DNA of 64,000 nucleotides from Bacteroidales bacterium (GCA_028686135.1 JAQUCP010000006.1:43721-107720); one strand, 5' to 3'. Shown: positions 39,692 through 50,349, numbered from the stretch's first letter. A program made the numbers and translations. The notes: generated from the sequence alone by a model not told the origin.

Positions 39692-40912
39692 CTAATTGGT
39701 TTTCCCATTACCTGGTGATTCTTGCTTGTTGAGGAAAGGATCGGACAGCGCAATCTCATCTCCAACTTTAAGTCCCTCCAGTATCTGAGCATAATCGGTA
39801 TTGCTCACCCCGATCTTAACTTCCTGGCGTTTAAATCCCCCACCAGTTTTAACATACACATTTTCAATCCCTTGTATTTTAAAAACACTCTCGACCGGGA
39901 TAAACAGGGTGTTTTCAATTTCACGAATTCTGATCGTGCAGCTGACCGTGAGGCCTGGCATCAGGTTTTTGTGAACGCCGTCGATCAGAATCTGGACGGG
40001 AAAGACTTTTATTTTGGAAGTATTGGATGTGTTTTGGGCAAGATTTGCCACGGTGGTGATCGTGCCGGTATAGGTAGAATCGGAATAGGCATCTGCTTTG
40101 ATGATAACTTTCAATCCCGGCTCAATTTTGGAGATATCCACCTCATTGATCTTGACTTCGGCCAGCATTTCTGACAGGTCGGGGAGCTCAATTAAGGCCC
40201 CACTACCTGGTTGGTCTCCTGCCTTGATCTTCTGACCAGTCATCCAGTTTTCCCGAACGATGGCAATGCCGTTTGAGGGGCTGACGAGAAAGAGCGAATT
40301 GATTGAGCTATTAGCTTCCTGCAAAATTGCGGCATGTTGTCTCATGACCAGATTTTTCTGCATCAGCTCCTGTTGGTGGATCTTTTTCCGGTTTTCGATC
40401 TGTTCACGAGCGCGCTCCAGCGCGATGTTGGCTGTTTCTAATTTCAGGTTGATCTCCTTCCGGGTGATTTCTGACTCATAGACAGCCTGATCGAAATTAA
40501 TCTTTGAGATTTCCTGGGAGATCCGCGCAATTTCCAAGTCAGCCTCCAAATCCTCAATCTCTGATTCCTGGGTTGCTTTCATCTTCTCGTACTCCGCCTG
40601 GGCAATTTCCAGCTGCTGTTCGGAGCTGACAATTGTCTTTTTAATCTCTGAAGGATCAAAAATCACCAGGGTATCACCTTTCACCACCTCCTCTCCATCT
40701 TCGACAATCTTTGAAATCTTCAGACTGCCATAACGATAAGAGACTGATGGACTGGATATTGCAATAGAACTTACCGCCCGTATGGTTCCCTGTTCGGTTA
40801 ATTCCTCGATAAAAGTTCCCTGTTTGACCAGGGTTGTAGGAACATCCGGGGCCTGCTTTGAATTACATCCTGCCATGACCAGCAAGGATAAATAAACCAG
40901 ATACTTATTCAT
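39692..40912 (-). CDS. HlyD-family periplasmic adaptor lipoprotein (paralog 2)
   Basis: Start at ATG 40912 (MNKYLVYLSLLVMAGC). Same architecture as paralog 1 (LMPGLTVSCTI). Confidence 0.8.
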   Translation of the reverse strand: MNKYLVYLSLLVMAGCNSKQAPDVPTTLVKQGTFIEELTEQGTIRAVSSIAISSPSVSYRYGSLKISKIVEDGEEVVKGDTLVIFDPSEIKKTIVSSEQQLEIAQAEYEKMKATQESEIEDLEADLEIARISQEISKINFDQAVYESEITRKEINLKLETANIALERAREQIENRKKIHQQELMQKNLVMRQHAAILQEANSSINSLFLVSPSNGIAIVRENWMTGQKIKAGDQPGSGALIELPDLSEMLAEVKINEVDISKIEPGLKVIIKADAYSDSTYTGTITTVANLAQNTSNTSKIKVFPVQILIDGVHKNLMPGLTVSCTIRIREIENTLFIPVESVFKIQGIENVYVKTGGGFKRQEVKIGVSNTDYAQILEGLKVGDEIALSDPFLNKQESPGNGKTN

Positions 40913-42167
40913 GGATGACTCTTTTGGGCTTAAGAATGAAATTATGTGGTGGTTCAACCAGAGCGATCGTTTCGGCTCCGGTCAGGCCTTTGGTAATAAT
41001 CGTCTCGGAGCTGTTTCCCAATCCGATTTCCACCGGAACCGGACGAAATTTCTCCCCGACCGACTCGTAGATGATTTTTTGGCTATCCCGTTCGAAAATC
41101 GCCATGGTTGGCGCAACCACGGTATCCCTGATATGATTGATGGTGATTGTACACCGGGCACTTGTTCCAGGAGTCATCAGGGTATGACAGCTGTCGATCC
41201 CGACAACAACCTCGTAATATTTATATCTCACGGATCCTGCATAATGCGTTTTCGGCGCTAAGGATTTAGATTTGACTGTTCCGGTCGTTTGGAGTTTGTT
41301 GGCTGCATCAACCTGGATAGCAACGGGCTGTCCTTTCTCAATTCGCTTAAAATCTACCTCTTGCACATTAAATTGAATCTCCATTTCGCTCAGATCAGGA
41401 AGAGACATGAGGGGTAGTTCCGGGTAAATTTGCGCACCAGGCTTTGGATATCCACCCAGTTCGGTTTCCACTCCATTACCGGTAATCATAACGATCCTGC
41501 CCAACAATTGGGATGCGGTAAGAATTCCTGCGGTGGGGGCAACAATAGTCAGTCCTCGAACAGATTCCTCCAAGGTTTTTATCCGGTTTTCGACCTGTGC
41601 AATGCGGGAGGTCATCTGGCGGATCTCTGTTTCATCAATGGTTTTCTCTGCCAGGAATTTCCGCTCTAGTTTTCGCTCCAGCACCCGCGCTTTTGCCAAT
41701 TCAAGCTCCATCAATTTTTTCCGCACAGGCGGAGCAAATTGCATTTGAACAGAATCGAGGCTATTGATTGCCATTCCAGCCTGATTCTCTTTCAGTTGCG
41801 CCTCCAGGACAGCCATATTCAGGGCATTATCCGCCTCAAGCCTTCTCAAATCGGCCTTCAGGGTTTCCAGATTCCGGACCTGATCGTCAAGCATTCGGGT
41901 TAAATCATCCGATTTGAGCTGGCAGATGGTATCACCGGCATCCACCCGGCTGCCCTCAGGCAGGGCCCAATCTACGGTCATTAATCCGTAATAATCCTGT
42001 GGACCCTTGATACTCAGATTGTTAACCGACTGAATCGTGCCTGTAGCCGTGATGGTTTCATGATAATCTTGGCGAGCCAACTCATAGATCACCAGAGGCG
42101 TTTTTCCAGGAGAACAGGAGGCTGTCAACAGGCAGGCCACGATGAAAATTCCGGAAATGATTCTCAT
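40905..42167 (-). CDS. HlyD-family periplasmic adaptor lipoprotein (paralog 3)
   Basis: Start at ATG 42167 (MRIISGIFIVACLLTASC). Same architecture (MTPGTSARCTI). It overlaps paralog 2 by 8 nt. Confidence 0.8.
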   Translation of the reverse strand: MRIISGIFIVACLLTASCSPGKTPLVIYELARQDYHETITATGTIQSVNNLSIKGPQDYYGLMTVDWALPEGSRVDAGDTICQLKSDDLTRMLDDQVRNLETLKADLRRLEADNALNMAVLEAQLKENQAGMAINSLDSVQMQFAPPVRKKLMELELAKARVLERKLERKFLAEKTIDETEIRQMTSRIAQVENRIKTLEESVRGLTIVAPTAGILTASQLLGRIVMITGNGVETELGGYPKPGAQIYPELPLMSLPDLSEMEIQFNVQEVDFKRIEKGQPVAIQVDAANKLQTTGTVKSKSLAPKTHYAGSVRYKYYEVVVGIDSCHTLMTPGTSARCTITINHIRDTVVAPTMAIFERDSQKIIYESVGEKFRPVPVEIGLGNSSETIITKGLTGAETIALVEPPHNFILKPKRVIHE

Positions 42168-42479
42168 GGAGTTAAGTTGGTTCGATAAAAATGCCCACAA
42201 GAGCCTTGAGAATAATATAGCAGCTGTGAGATTTTTTCCTGATTAGGGTTGGGTTAGTATCGAAAAAAAAGCTGTTCGGTTCGAAATTAAAGAATTGTAT
42301 TCAAATCTGATTGAGAAACCGCCACCATGACTCATCAATTTTGTAAACGAGTACTGTTAACCATTATTGTGGATTCTCCCGGGCAGATCCCCAAACAAAA
42401 TTTCGAACATCTTCCGCATGCATCACCTTGCCACTTAATTGATCCTTCGGTGGAATTCGGAAATATGCTTGAATTTTCG

Positions 42480-42487
42480 TACCTTTG
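42480..42487 (+). promoter_or_regulatory. -7 promoter box TACCTTTG upstream of pfkA
   Basis: Perfect TAnnTTTG 44 nt before the ATG at 42531. No clear -33. Confidence 0.3.
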
Positions 42488-42530
42488 CCGAGTTTTTCGC
42501 CTTTATCAAACATGATCAGTAACTATCAGT

Positions 42531-43505
42531 ATGTCAATGATTAAGAAAATCGGCGTATTAACCTCAGGGGGTGATGCGCCAGGAATGAATGCAGCAATCC
42601 GTGCGGTTGTACGGGCTGCTCTCCGTCACAATCTGGAAGTTGTAGGAATTCGGAAAGGATATAAAGGGCTGATTGATGGGGAATTTGTTCCCCTAGCCTC
42701 ACGGGACGTGAGTAACATCATTCAGCGTGGCGGCACCATTCTGGGCACTGCGCGGAGCCCTGAATTCCGGACTCCAGAAGGAAGGCAAAAAGCCTATGGC
42801 AATCTGGTGGGGGCCAGTATCAACGCGGTTATTGTCATCGGTGGAGATGGGACATTTAATGGGGCCGGGCTTTTCAGCAGCGAATTTGACATTCCGTTTG
42901 TCGGAATTCCGGGCACGATCGACAATGACCTGTATGGCACCGATTACACCATTGGGTATGATACAGCCCTGAACACCGTTGTAGAGGCTGTCGACCGCAT
43001 CCGCGATACAGCCAGTGCGCACGACCGGATGTTTTTCATCGAAGTGATGGGCCGGGGTGCCGGATTCATCGCGCTGCACTCGGGAATTGCCACTGGCGCT
43101 GAAGCGATCCTGATCCCGGAAGTGGATGGTCAGGAGGATTCGCTCCACGATTACTTGAAAAGCCAGGGCAATAAATCAAGCAACATCATCCTGGTGGCCG
43201 AAGGTAACTCCGTTGGCGGAGCCGAACAGATCGCTAAGCAGATCCAGGATAAATACCCTGAATATGATGTCCGGGCAAACGTCCTCGGTCACATGCAACG
43301 CGGAGGATCACCCTCAGCATTCGACCGGTTCCTGGCCAGCCGCCTCGGCGTAGCTGCCGTCGATGCCCTGATGGACAACCAACGAAGCATCATGGTCGGA
43401 TTTGTTAACCACGATATCGTCCACGTGCCCTTCAATAAAACCATCAACGCCAGCAAAAACCTGAACAAAATTCTGCTCGACGTAGCCGACATCCTGGCAC
43501 ATTAA
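42531..43505 (+). CDS. pfkA: ATP-dependent 6-phosphofructokinase
   Basis: 324 aa with IGVLTSGGDAPGMNAAIR, GGDGT, PGTIDND, MGR and HMQRGG. Confidence 0.95.
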   Translation: MSMIKKIGVLTSGGDAPGMNAAIRAVVRAALRHNLEVVGIRKGYKGLIDGEFVPLASRDVSNIIQRGGTILGTARSPEFRTPEGRQKAYGNLVGASINAVIVIGGDGTFNGAGLFSSEFDIPFVGIPGTIDNDLYGTDYTIGYDTALNTVVEAVDRIRDTASAHDRMFFIEVMGRGAGFIALHSGIATGAEAILIPEVDGQEDSLHDYLKSQGNKSSNIILVAEGNSVGGAEQIAKQIQDKYPEYDVRANVLGHMQRGGSPSAFDRFLASRLGVAAVDALMDNQRSIMVGFVNHDIVHVPFNKTINASKNLNKILLDVADILAH

Positions 43506-43559
43506 ACCATACCCTATTTTTAATTCGTACCTTCCGGCTCACCTTTCAATGCTGAAGCC

Positions 43560-45605
43560 GTGACGCTGTTTGCCGATATCCTCCTTCCCCTGGCACTTCC
43601 AAAAGTGCTGACTTACAGCATCCCGGAAGAATTATCCGGCGATGCAGCCCCAGGCCAACGGGTGATGGTACAGCTCGGCAAAAGCAAGATCTTGGCCGGC
43701 CTGATCTGGAAAATCCATCAAGACGCACCCACGCAGGATGCCCGACCTATCATCCGGATCGTCGATGAAAAGCCAATATTGGAACCACGACAGTTCGAAT
43801 TCTGGGAGTGGATGGCTACCTATTATCTGTGCACTCCCGGAGAAGTGATGAAAGCAGCCCTGCCATCCCTCCTCAAAACAGACAGGCTGGAAACCCGACG
43901 CAAAACGGCCGGGCCAAAATCTAAAAAAAACATCATCAACGAAACAACCCCCGAGGAGCAACAGAACGAGCCGGTTGTATCACCCTTAACCCCATCACAA
44001 CAGGCTGTTTTTGAGGAATTTAAAATAAATATTGAGAACAAACGTGTACAACTGCTGCACGGAATCACCTCTAGCGGCAAGACAGAGATTTATATCCACC
44101 TGATAGCCGAACAAATGCGGCAAAACAGACAGGTCCTGTTCCTGCTGCCAGAGATCGCCATCACCACACAGATCATCAGCCGGCTGGAATCGGTTTTTGG
44201 CGACAGGCTACTGATCTACCACTCGAGGCATACGCCAGTGAGGCGACTGAAAGTCTGGAACCGCATTCTGGAGGGGCCACAGGGTTCCGGGCAACTGATC
44301 CTCGGCGTACGATCCTCGGTATTCCTGCCCTTCAGCAACCTGGGACTGATCATTGTTGATGAAGAGCATGAGCACTCGTACAAGCAGCAAGATCCGGCAC
44401 CCCGCTATCATGCCCGCGATGTGGCCATTGTCCTGGCTAACCTCCACCAGGTTCCGGTACTCATGGGAAGCGCAACACCCTCACTCGAATCGTGGTACGC
44501 AGCCCACGGCGGCAAATATGCCCTGCTGGAACTGAACGAGAGATTTGGCGGGGTCGAAATGCCGGAAATCATCATCTCCGGTACCAACGAAGCTCGCAAG
44601 CGAAAGCAGATGCAGGGATCCTTTACCCCCCTGATGCTCAAGGCAATCGACGAGACCCTGACGCACGGAGAGCAGGTGATCCTCTTCCACAACCGTCGAG
44701 GATACAGTCCCTATATCGAATGCTCCGAGTGTAAATATATCCCCAAATGTGTCTCCTGTGATGTTAGCCTGACCTACCACCGCACCAGCAGAATGCTGGA
44801 GTGCCACCATTGCGGCTACCGCATCCGGGTGCCCGATCGATGTCCGGAGTGCGGATCCACCGGACTGACAACCAAGGGGTTAGGGACCGAGCGGGTGGAA
44901 GATGATCTTCAACTGCTGTTTCCTTCGGCCCGCATAGGACGGCTCGACCTGGATTCGACGCGGAAAGCCTCTTCCTATGAGCAGATCTTAACCAGCTTTG
45001 AAAGCGGTGAAATCGATATTCTCATTGGAACACAAATGATATCTAAAGGACTGGATTTCAGTCGGGTAAACCTAGTTGGCATTATCAATGCCGATCATCT
45101 GCTCAATTTCCCCGATTTCCGTTCCCACGAACGCAGCTTTCAGCTGATGACGCAGGTGAGCGGTCGGGCTGGTCGACGCCAAACCCGGGGCCTGGTTGTG
45201 ATCCAGGTTTCTGATCCGGAACATCCTGTGGTACAGTACGTGGCCGGGAATAACCTGTCGGGATTCTACCATAGTGAGCTTGAAGAGCGCCGCCTCTTCT
45301 CCTACCCACCCTTCTCCCGCCTGATCCGCATCACCCTCAAGCACTCGAAGGCGGAGACGGCAGCAATCGCTGCTAAAGACCTGGGAACCAGGCTAAGAGC
45401 AAGTCTCGGTACACGAGTGCTGGGTCCTCAAGTCCCGCTAATCGGGAAAGTGCAGGATAGATACCTGCAAACACTGCTGATCAAACTGGAGCGCTCATCA
45501 GAGCTGACCCATCGAAAAAATAGCATAGCTTCGCACATCAAAGAGGTGGAGACATCCAAAGCCTACGGACACCTGATCATTCAGGCTGATGTTGATCCTC
45601 TGTAA
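43560..45605 (+). CDS. priA: primosomal replication restart helicase PriA
   Basis: 681 aa with a GTG start. Walker A is GITSSGKTE and DEAH-like is VDEEHE. The Cys-rich zinc-binding insert is CSECKY..CV.C...CHHCG...CPECGS. Confidence 0.9.
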   Translation: MTLFADILLPLALPKVLTYSIPEELSGDAAPGQRVMVQLGKSKILAGLIWKIHQDAPTQDARPIIRIVDEKPILEPRQFEFWEWMATYYLCTPGEVMKAALPSLLKTDRLETRRKTAGPKSKKNIINETTPEEQQNEPVVSPLTPSQQAVFEEFKINIENKRVQLLHGITSSGKTEIYIHLIAEQMRQNRQVLFLLPEIAITTQIISRLESVFGDRLLIYHSRHTPVRRLKVWNRILEGPQGSGQLILGVRSSVFLPFSNLGLIIVDEEHEHSYKQQDPAPRYHARDVAIVLANLHQVPVLMGSATPSLESWYAAHGGKYALLELNERFGGVEMPEIIISGTNEARKRKQMQGSFTPLMLKAIDETLTHGEQVILFHNRRGYSPYIECSECKYIPKCVSCDVSLTYHRTSRMLECHHCGYRIRVPDRCPECGSTGLTTKGLGTERVEDDLQLLFPSARIGRLDLDSTRKASSYEQILTSFESGEIDILIGTQMISKGLDFSRVNLVGIINADHLLNFPDFRSHERSFQLMTQVSGRAGRRQTRGLVVIQVSDPEHPVVQYVAGNNLSGFYHSELEERRLFSYPPFSRLIRITLKHSKAETAAIAAKDLGTRLRASLGTRVLGPQVPLIGKVQDRYLQTLLIKLERSSELTHRKNSIASHIKEVETSKAYGHLIIQADVDPL

Positions 45606-45618
45606 TCACACAAAATAT

Positions 45619-46425
45619 ATGTACTGGAAAAACGGAGAATTGTTCGAAGGCACCTATCTGGATGGGGAAGATCCAACACAAGTACCCATGGTGTATGAAG
45701 TGTTCAGAGTGCACAGGCAACGCTGCCTGTTCCTGATCGAACACCTGGAACGGCTGTTCCGTTCAATTGAGTTGCTTGGATATAAAAAACCTTACACGCT
45801 TCAGGAAGTTAACGACTATTTGAATGAGCTCCTTAACTGCGAGCCCGACCGGATCGGTAACATCAAAATCAGGCTGAGCTGGTGGCCGGAGCCGGTCCTG
45901 GAGATCGGATACATACCCCACCGCTACCCCACACGCCAGGAAGCTACCGAAGGTGTCAATGTCAGCACCTTACACGCCGTCCGAAATACTCCTAACATTA
46001 AGCTCTGGAATGCCGCCCTGCGCGAACGCACCAATCGTGAGCTAAAAGAGAAAAATGTTTTTGAAGTGTTGCTGGTAAATGAATCCGGGATGATCACAGA
46101 GGGCGGTAGATCTAACCTCTTCTTTGTCAGGCATAACGAGCTGTTCACCGCACCCGTCGAAACCGTCCTGCCCGGCATCACCCGGGAAACAGTCATCAGC
46201 CTGGCCCAACAGTTGGAAATCATCCTGCACGAAAAACACCTCCCGAAATCCGAGATCGCAACCGTAGATGAGATGTTCACCTCCGGAACCTCCGCCGGAA
46301 TCTGTCCGATTCGAGCGGTAAACGGGATAATCTTGCCAGCCAATCGACCAATAACCAACAGATTAAGAGAAGCTTATGAAAAAATTGTCGAACAACAACT
46401 CGGACCAAACAGTTATGGCTGGTAA
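45619..46425 (+). CDS. class IV aminotransferase (BCAT / aminodeoxychorismate lyase family)
   Basis: 268 aa from ATG 45619 with ...EGGRSNLFFV....L.TAP....LPGITR... and the fold-type IV pattern. Substrate not assignable. Confidence 0.75.
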   Translation: MYWKNGELFEGTYLDGEDPTQVPMVYEVFRVHRQRCLFLIEHLERLFRSIELLGYKKPYTLQEVNDYLNELLNCEPDRIGNIKIRLSWWPEPVLEIGYIPHRYPTRQEATEGVNVSTLHAVRNTPNIKLWNAALRERTNRELKEKNVFEVLLVNESGMITEGGRSNLFFVRHNELFTAPVETVLPGITRETVISLAQQLEIILHEKHLPKSEIATVDEMFTSGTSAGICPIRAVNGIILPANRPITNRLREAYEKIVEQQLGPNSYGW

Positions 46426-47605
46426 ACGTTTCACCCAGGCAGATTTCGATCGAATCACCGATCGGCAGGGCACCAATTCGATCAAATGGGATGCCCGTGA
46501 CCAAGTGTTTGGCAATCCTGATGTTGTTCCGTTGTGGGTAGCTGATATGGATTTTGAGACCCCCGCATTTATTCGCGAACGAATTGCCCGGCGGCTGGAA
46601 CATCCCATCCTGGGGTACACCTATCGGAGCGAGCGTTTCGCGGGGTCATTCATCTCTTGGGTTAACCGAAGGCACCACTGGGAGGTGGATCCTGAGTGGG
46701 TTGTTTTCATGCCCGGCGTAGTGCCTGCCGTGTCGGTCGCCGTGCTGGCCTACACCGATCCAGGCGATGAAGTGATCATCCAACCACCGGTGTACCATCC
46801 ATTCTATTTCTGCGTCGAAGGACACAACCGGAAATTGATCCTGAATCCCCTCAAAACCATCAATGGACGATTTACCTTTGATCTGGAATTACTCCGCCAA
46901 CAAATCACGCCAAAAACCCGGCTGCTGATACTCTCAAACCCCCATAATCCAGGCGGAACAGCCTGGAGCGCCGAAGAATTGGCCAGTCTGGCTGCGATAT
47001 GCCAGGAAACAGGGGTACGCATTCTCTCCGATGAGATTCATTCCGACCTGACCTACCCTCCCGGCCATCATACCCCGGCTGTCACAGCTGCTCCGAACTA
47101 CGCCCACCGGATCATCACCGCCATGGCTCCATCCAAAACCTTTAACATGGCCGGTATGAGTACCTCCATCCTGGTCATCCCCGATCCCAAAGAACGGAAA
47201 ACCTATGCTGATCTGGTTTATACACTCCACGTTGGGATGGGTAATGTTTTTGGTTTCGAGGCCCTTCAGGCCGCCTACGAAGAGGGCGACCAATGGCTGG
47301 ATGAGCTGCTGACCTATCTTAAGGGAAACCGCGACTACCTCCATCAATTCCTGCAGGCTGAGCTGCCCATGATTACCATGATGGTCCCTGATGCAACTTA
47401 CCTGGCCTGGCTCGATTTCAGAGGTTTGGGCCTCGAACAGAAGGCTTTGGAAGACTTTTTGGTGACCAAAGCAAGCATCGGTCTCAATATAGGCAAGCAG
47501 TTTGGACCTGGTGGGGAAGGTTTCATGAGGCTCAATTTTGGCTGCCCCAGATCTCTTCTGCAGCAGGCGTTAACCCAGCTCAAAGAAGCTGTAAATAACC
47601 TATAA
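46376..47605 (+). CDS. MalY/PatB-type cystathionine beta-lyase (class I/II aminotransferase)
   Basis: DRITDRQGTNSIKWD, the hallmark N-terminus, plus NPHNPGG and SPSKTFNMAG (PLP Lys). The start is either 46376 or ATG 46415. Confidence 0.85.
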   Translation: MKKLSNNNSDQTVMAGKRFTQADFDRITDRQGTNSIKWDARDQVFGNPDVVPLWVADMDFETPAFIRERIARRLEHPILGYTYRSERFAGSFISWVNRRHHWEVDPEWVVFMPGVVPAVSVAVLAYTDPGDEVIIQPPVYHPFYFCVEGHNRKLILNPLKTINGRFTFDLELLRQQITPKTRLLILSNPHNPGGTAWSAEELASLAAICQETGVRILSDEIHSDLTYPPGHHTPAVTAAPNYAHRIITAMAPSKTFNMAGMSTSILVIPDPKERKTYADLVYTLHVGMGNVFGFEALQAAYEEGDQWLDELLTYLKGNRDYLHQFLQAELPMITMMVPDATYLAWLDFRGLGLEQKALEDFLVTKASIGLNIGKQFGPGGEGFMRLNFGCPRSLLQQALTQLKEAVNNL

Positions 47606-48459
47606 TGAACGAGAAGATCGTTATCGCAGGTGGCTCTGGTATGATCGGGCAGGCCCTTCTGGAAATGCTTCACGCAGCCGGCAGAAACGCGCAGGCACTG
47701 AGGCGGCCTTACCGTGCTGAAGACCTGAAAGAGGCAACTGCCATCATCAACCTGGCTGGTGAGAACCTCTCGGCTGGCCGCTGGACTACCCGCCGTAAAA
47801 AACTCATCCTCGACAGCCGGACTCAAACACTAGAGACCCTCCTGAAGCTCAACCAAGAAGCGGGAAATCCCATCAAATCACTCATATCTACCTCGGCATC
47901 AGGCTATTACGGAACAACCACCACGCAGCATGTTTTTCAGGAAGAGGATCCTCCGGGAACCGATTTTCTAGCCGGGGTGTGTCGGGCCTGGGAAGAATCC
48001 GCTCTCCGTTTTCAATCAGCAGGAACCCGAGTGGCGATCGTCAGAATTGGGGTTGTGCTCACCGATCGTGGAGGTGCCTTGCCGAAAATGGCCATGCCAT
48101 TGAAATTTGGCCTGTCGGTGCCATTGGGCAGCGGCAAACAGTGGGTGCCCTGGATCCGGCTCGAAGATCTCTGCCGGATATTCATTCACCTTCTGGATGA
48201 GCCACAACTCAGTGGCCCATTCAATGCTGCAGCCCCGGAGCCGGTGAATAATCATGAGCTCATGAAAACATTAGCCCGAAACAAGCGGCGACTGTTTCTG
48301 CCGATCGGGGTTCCACCACTCTTCCTCAAACTGATGCTGGGCGAGATGGCCGTGGTTACCCTTCAAGGCTCACGATTATCCGCATCCCGAATAGAAGCAT
48401 CCGGGTTTCGGTTTACCTACAGAAACCTGCCCGAAGCGCTTGGCGGGTTAAAGCTGTAA
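47605..48459 (+). CDS. YfcH-like (TIGR01777) SDR epimerase-family protein
   Basis: 284 aa with N-terminal IAGGSGMIG and C-terminal ...SGFRFTYRNLPEAL, typical of the DUF1731-containing family. There is a TAATG overlap with the preceding gene. Confidence 0.7.
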   Translation: MNEKIVIAGGSGMIGQALLEMLHAAGRNAQALRRPYRAEDLKEATAIINLAGENLSAGRWTTRRKKLILDSRTQTLETLLKLNQEAGNPIKSLISTSASGYYGTTTTQHVFQEEDPPGTDFLAGVCRAWEESALRFQSAGTRVAIVRIGVVLTDRGGALPKMAMPLKFGLSVPLGSGKQWVPWIRLEDLCRIFIHLLDEPQLSGPFNAAAPEPVNNHELMKTLARNKRRLFLPIGVPPLFLKLMLGEMAVVTLQGSRLSASRIEASGFRFTYRNLPEALGGLKL

Positions 48460-50331
48460 CGACCATACCAACTGGAACCGGAGAGTCCATCCGCCCAGTT
48501 TTCCCTCTGTTCGGTGACCAGCATCGGTATAGGTCATCTTCCCCACCTTCCCCTCCATCATCAATCCGGCCAAAGGCTTGTAGCGCAGATGGAAAAACCA
48601 GCGGGAACCCGACCCCGCCATCACCGGAGCCGACCAGCCGTACAAAAGATCGGGCTCATAAGCATAGAGTGGGTTCATTCCGGAGGTAACCTGGAAAAGG
48701 CGGAATCCGGCGATAGCCCTAATACGGCCACCTGCAAAGCTGGCATAGCAGGAAACATCACCAGTGGTTCCTGCAACTACTTGTTTATCTGATCTTTGCC
48801 TTTGGTTCTGGATTCCAGCCCGGAACCGCAACATGGCAGCCTGTGCAGGATCACTATCCATTTGTATCTTGAAGATCATGACCTCAGGGAGATTTTCTAG
48901 CTCGGAGGGTTGAGAAACCACCATCATGCCGGTCAGCAAAACACTCTCGCCCACTTTATACTTAATCTGATGGGACATCTTTGATGTAGGAAAGGCAAAT
49001 TTTCGGTTGCTGCCCGGCCACAGGTCACGGCGAGCAGTGAAGTAACCATTCATTTCGAAGCGGCTGGTGGGCGCATACCGATATAACCCGGTCAGGTCGG
49101 TCGAACCCCGGGTAAAATAGTTGCCCGATTGATGGGTGGAGTACCAAACCGGATAGGATGGTGGAACGCAACTCACTCTTACCGATGCACTAAAGCTGCT
49201 CATGCTGAACATTCGAAATCCGGCGATCCAGGCCGGCTCTGCCCTCCCCGGACTCCAGGAAGCCTCCGCAAAGAGGATCCCCACCGGCAGACGCCACTGA
49301 AACCATGCTCCTGTTCGCATCCAGGCAGTGGTGTTCGTAGCAAATACCAGCTCCCATTTCGTCTGAGCCATCAGGGGCTTGTCGTACCGAAATCCAGCCG
49401 CAGCTAGGCCCACCTCATAAGATAATCCCCTGTATTTCAATGATATCCCTGATGATCGCTCTCCCAATGACTCCCGCCCGCGAATCTCTGCTTCGGTACG
49501 ATGATAGCCAGTACCATAAAGGTGATCAACCATCACCAAGGAGGAGTCCCCATTCAATCCGGACAACGTATCCAGAGCAGCATCCACCCGCTTGGCAGAC
49601 AGATAAAACTGGATATCAAGCGACTTCAAAGCCACCCGCCCCGCCAGGCCTCGCAAGTGTCGATTCTCGTCCGTGCCCGGATGGAGTCGAACCCCCGTGC
49701 CCGGCCGACTGAGTAGAGATGGATCCCCGGGAATCGCCGTGAAAGAAGGGGTAGATGCGAGAATAGACCCTAACCCAAAATTAGCCTGGAAATCCCCTAA
49801 TATCAGATCTTTCAATACTCTGCCGGGATGGACAATAATCCCTGCAGAAAGATGATCGGGCAATCCGGCAACCTTTCTGGAACGTAGAGGTTCAGAAGCA
49901 TCCTGATCAGCCAGAAAACGGACCTCAAACTTCCCTGGATTTCTGATTTTGAGGCGGTAACGCGACGAGAAAGGCACCGCAGCATTTCCCTGTAACACCT
50001 CAGCCAATGCTGGTCTCTTGCTCTCCTCTGCCCCCGATGAAGGAAAGCCGATCGATAAAGTTTGCTGAACCCTCGTGCGCCGGATCTTTGGAAGTGACAG
50101 TGAATCTTGTCCGTGCAAAAGGCTATCTTCCTCAACCACCTCAATACCAGAGGATAATAACTCATCAAGAATCTCAGGATGTAAGCTGATCTCTTCCCAC
50201 TCACCCGATTCCATCAGCAGCATGATGAGAGAATCGGGGTCATAGAACACCGATTGGGCATGCAAGGGCCTGACAATAGCAAAAGCCAGTGAGCAGGCCA
50301 TGATCAGCATAATGTAACGAGATCCTTTCAT
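48448..50331 (-). CDS. hypothetical secreted / outer-membrane protein
   Basis: 627 aa with a signal peptide (AFAIVRPLHAQ). The C-terminal 400 aa are rich in alternating aromatic/Gly beta-strand patterns. I recognise no family. Confidence 0.5.
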   Translation of the reverse strand: MKGSRYIMLIMACSLAFAIVRPLHAQSVFYDPDSLIMLLMESGEWEEISLHPEILDELLSSGIEVVEEDSLLHGQDSLSLPKIRRTRVQQTLSIGFPSSGAEESKRPALAEVLQGNAAVPFSSRYRLKIRNPGKFEVRFLADQDASEPLRSRKVAGLPDHLSAGIIVHPGRVLKDLILGDFQANFGLGSILASTPSFTAIPGDPSLLSRPGTGVRLHPGTDENRHLRGLAGRVALKSLDIQFYLSAKRVDAALDTLSGLNGDSSLVMVDHLYGTGYHRTEAEIRGRESLGERSSGISLKYRGLSYEVGLAAAGFRYDKPLMAQTKWELVFATNTTAWMRTGAWFQWRLPVGILFAEASWSPGRAEPAWIAGFRMFSMSSFSASVRVSCVPPSYPVWYSTHQSGNYFTRGSTDLTGLYRYAPTSRFEMNGYFTARRDLWPGSNRKFAFPTSKMSHQIKYKVGESVLLTGMMVVSQPSELENLPEVMIFKIQMDSDPAQAAMLRFRAGIQNQRQRSDKQVVAGTTGDVSCYASFAGGRIRAIAGFRLFQVTSGMNPLYAYEPDLLYGWSAPVMAGSGSRWFFHLRYKPLAGLMMEGKVGKMTYTDAGHRTEGKLGGWTLRFQLVWSLQL

Positions 50332-50349
50332 ACCATGGTTGTTGTTGAT

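Noticed and set aside
39682-39792. N-terminal extensions of the three adaptor ORFs in the track (also 40913-40957 and 42168-42200)
   Set aside because: Internal ATGs give canonical lipoprotein signal peptides and remove or reduce the overlaps with upstream genes.
42327-42515. 62-aa ORF in the 360-nt intergenic region upstream of pfkA
   Set aside because: No recognisable motif, and it overlaps the predicted pfkA -7 box. It is probably non-coding promoter/leader DNA.
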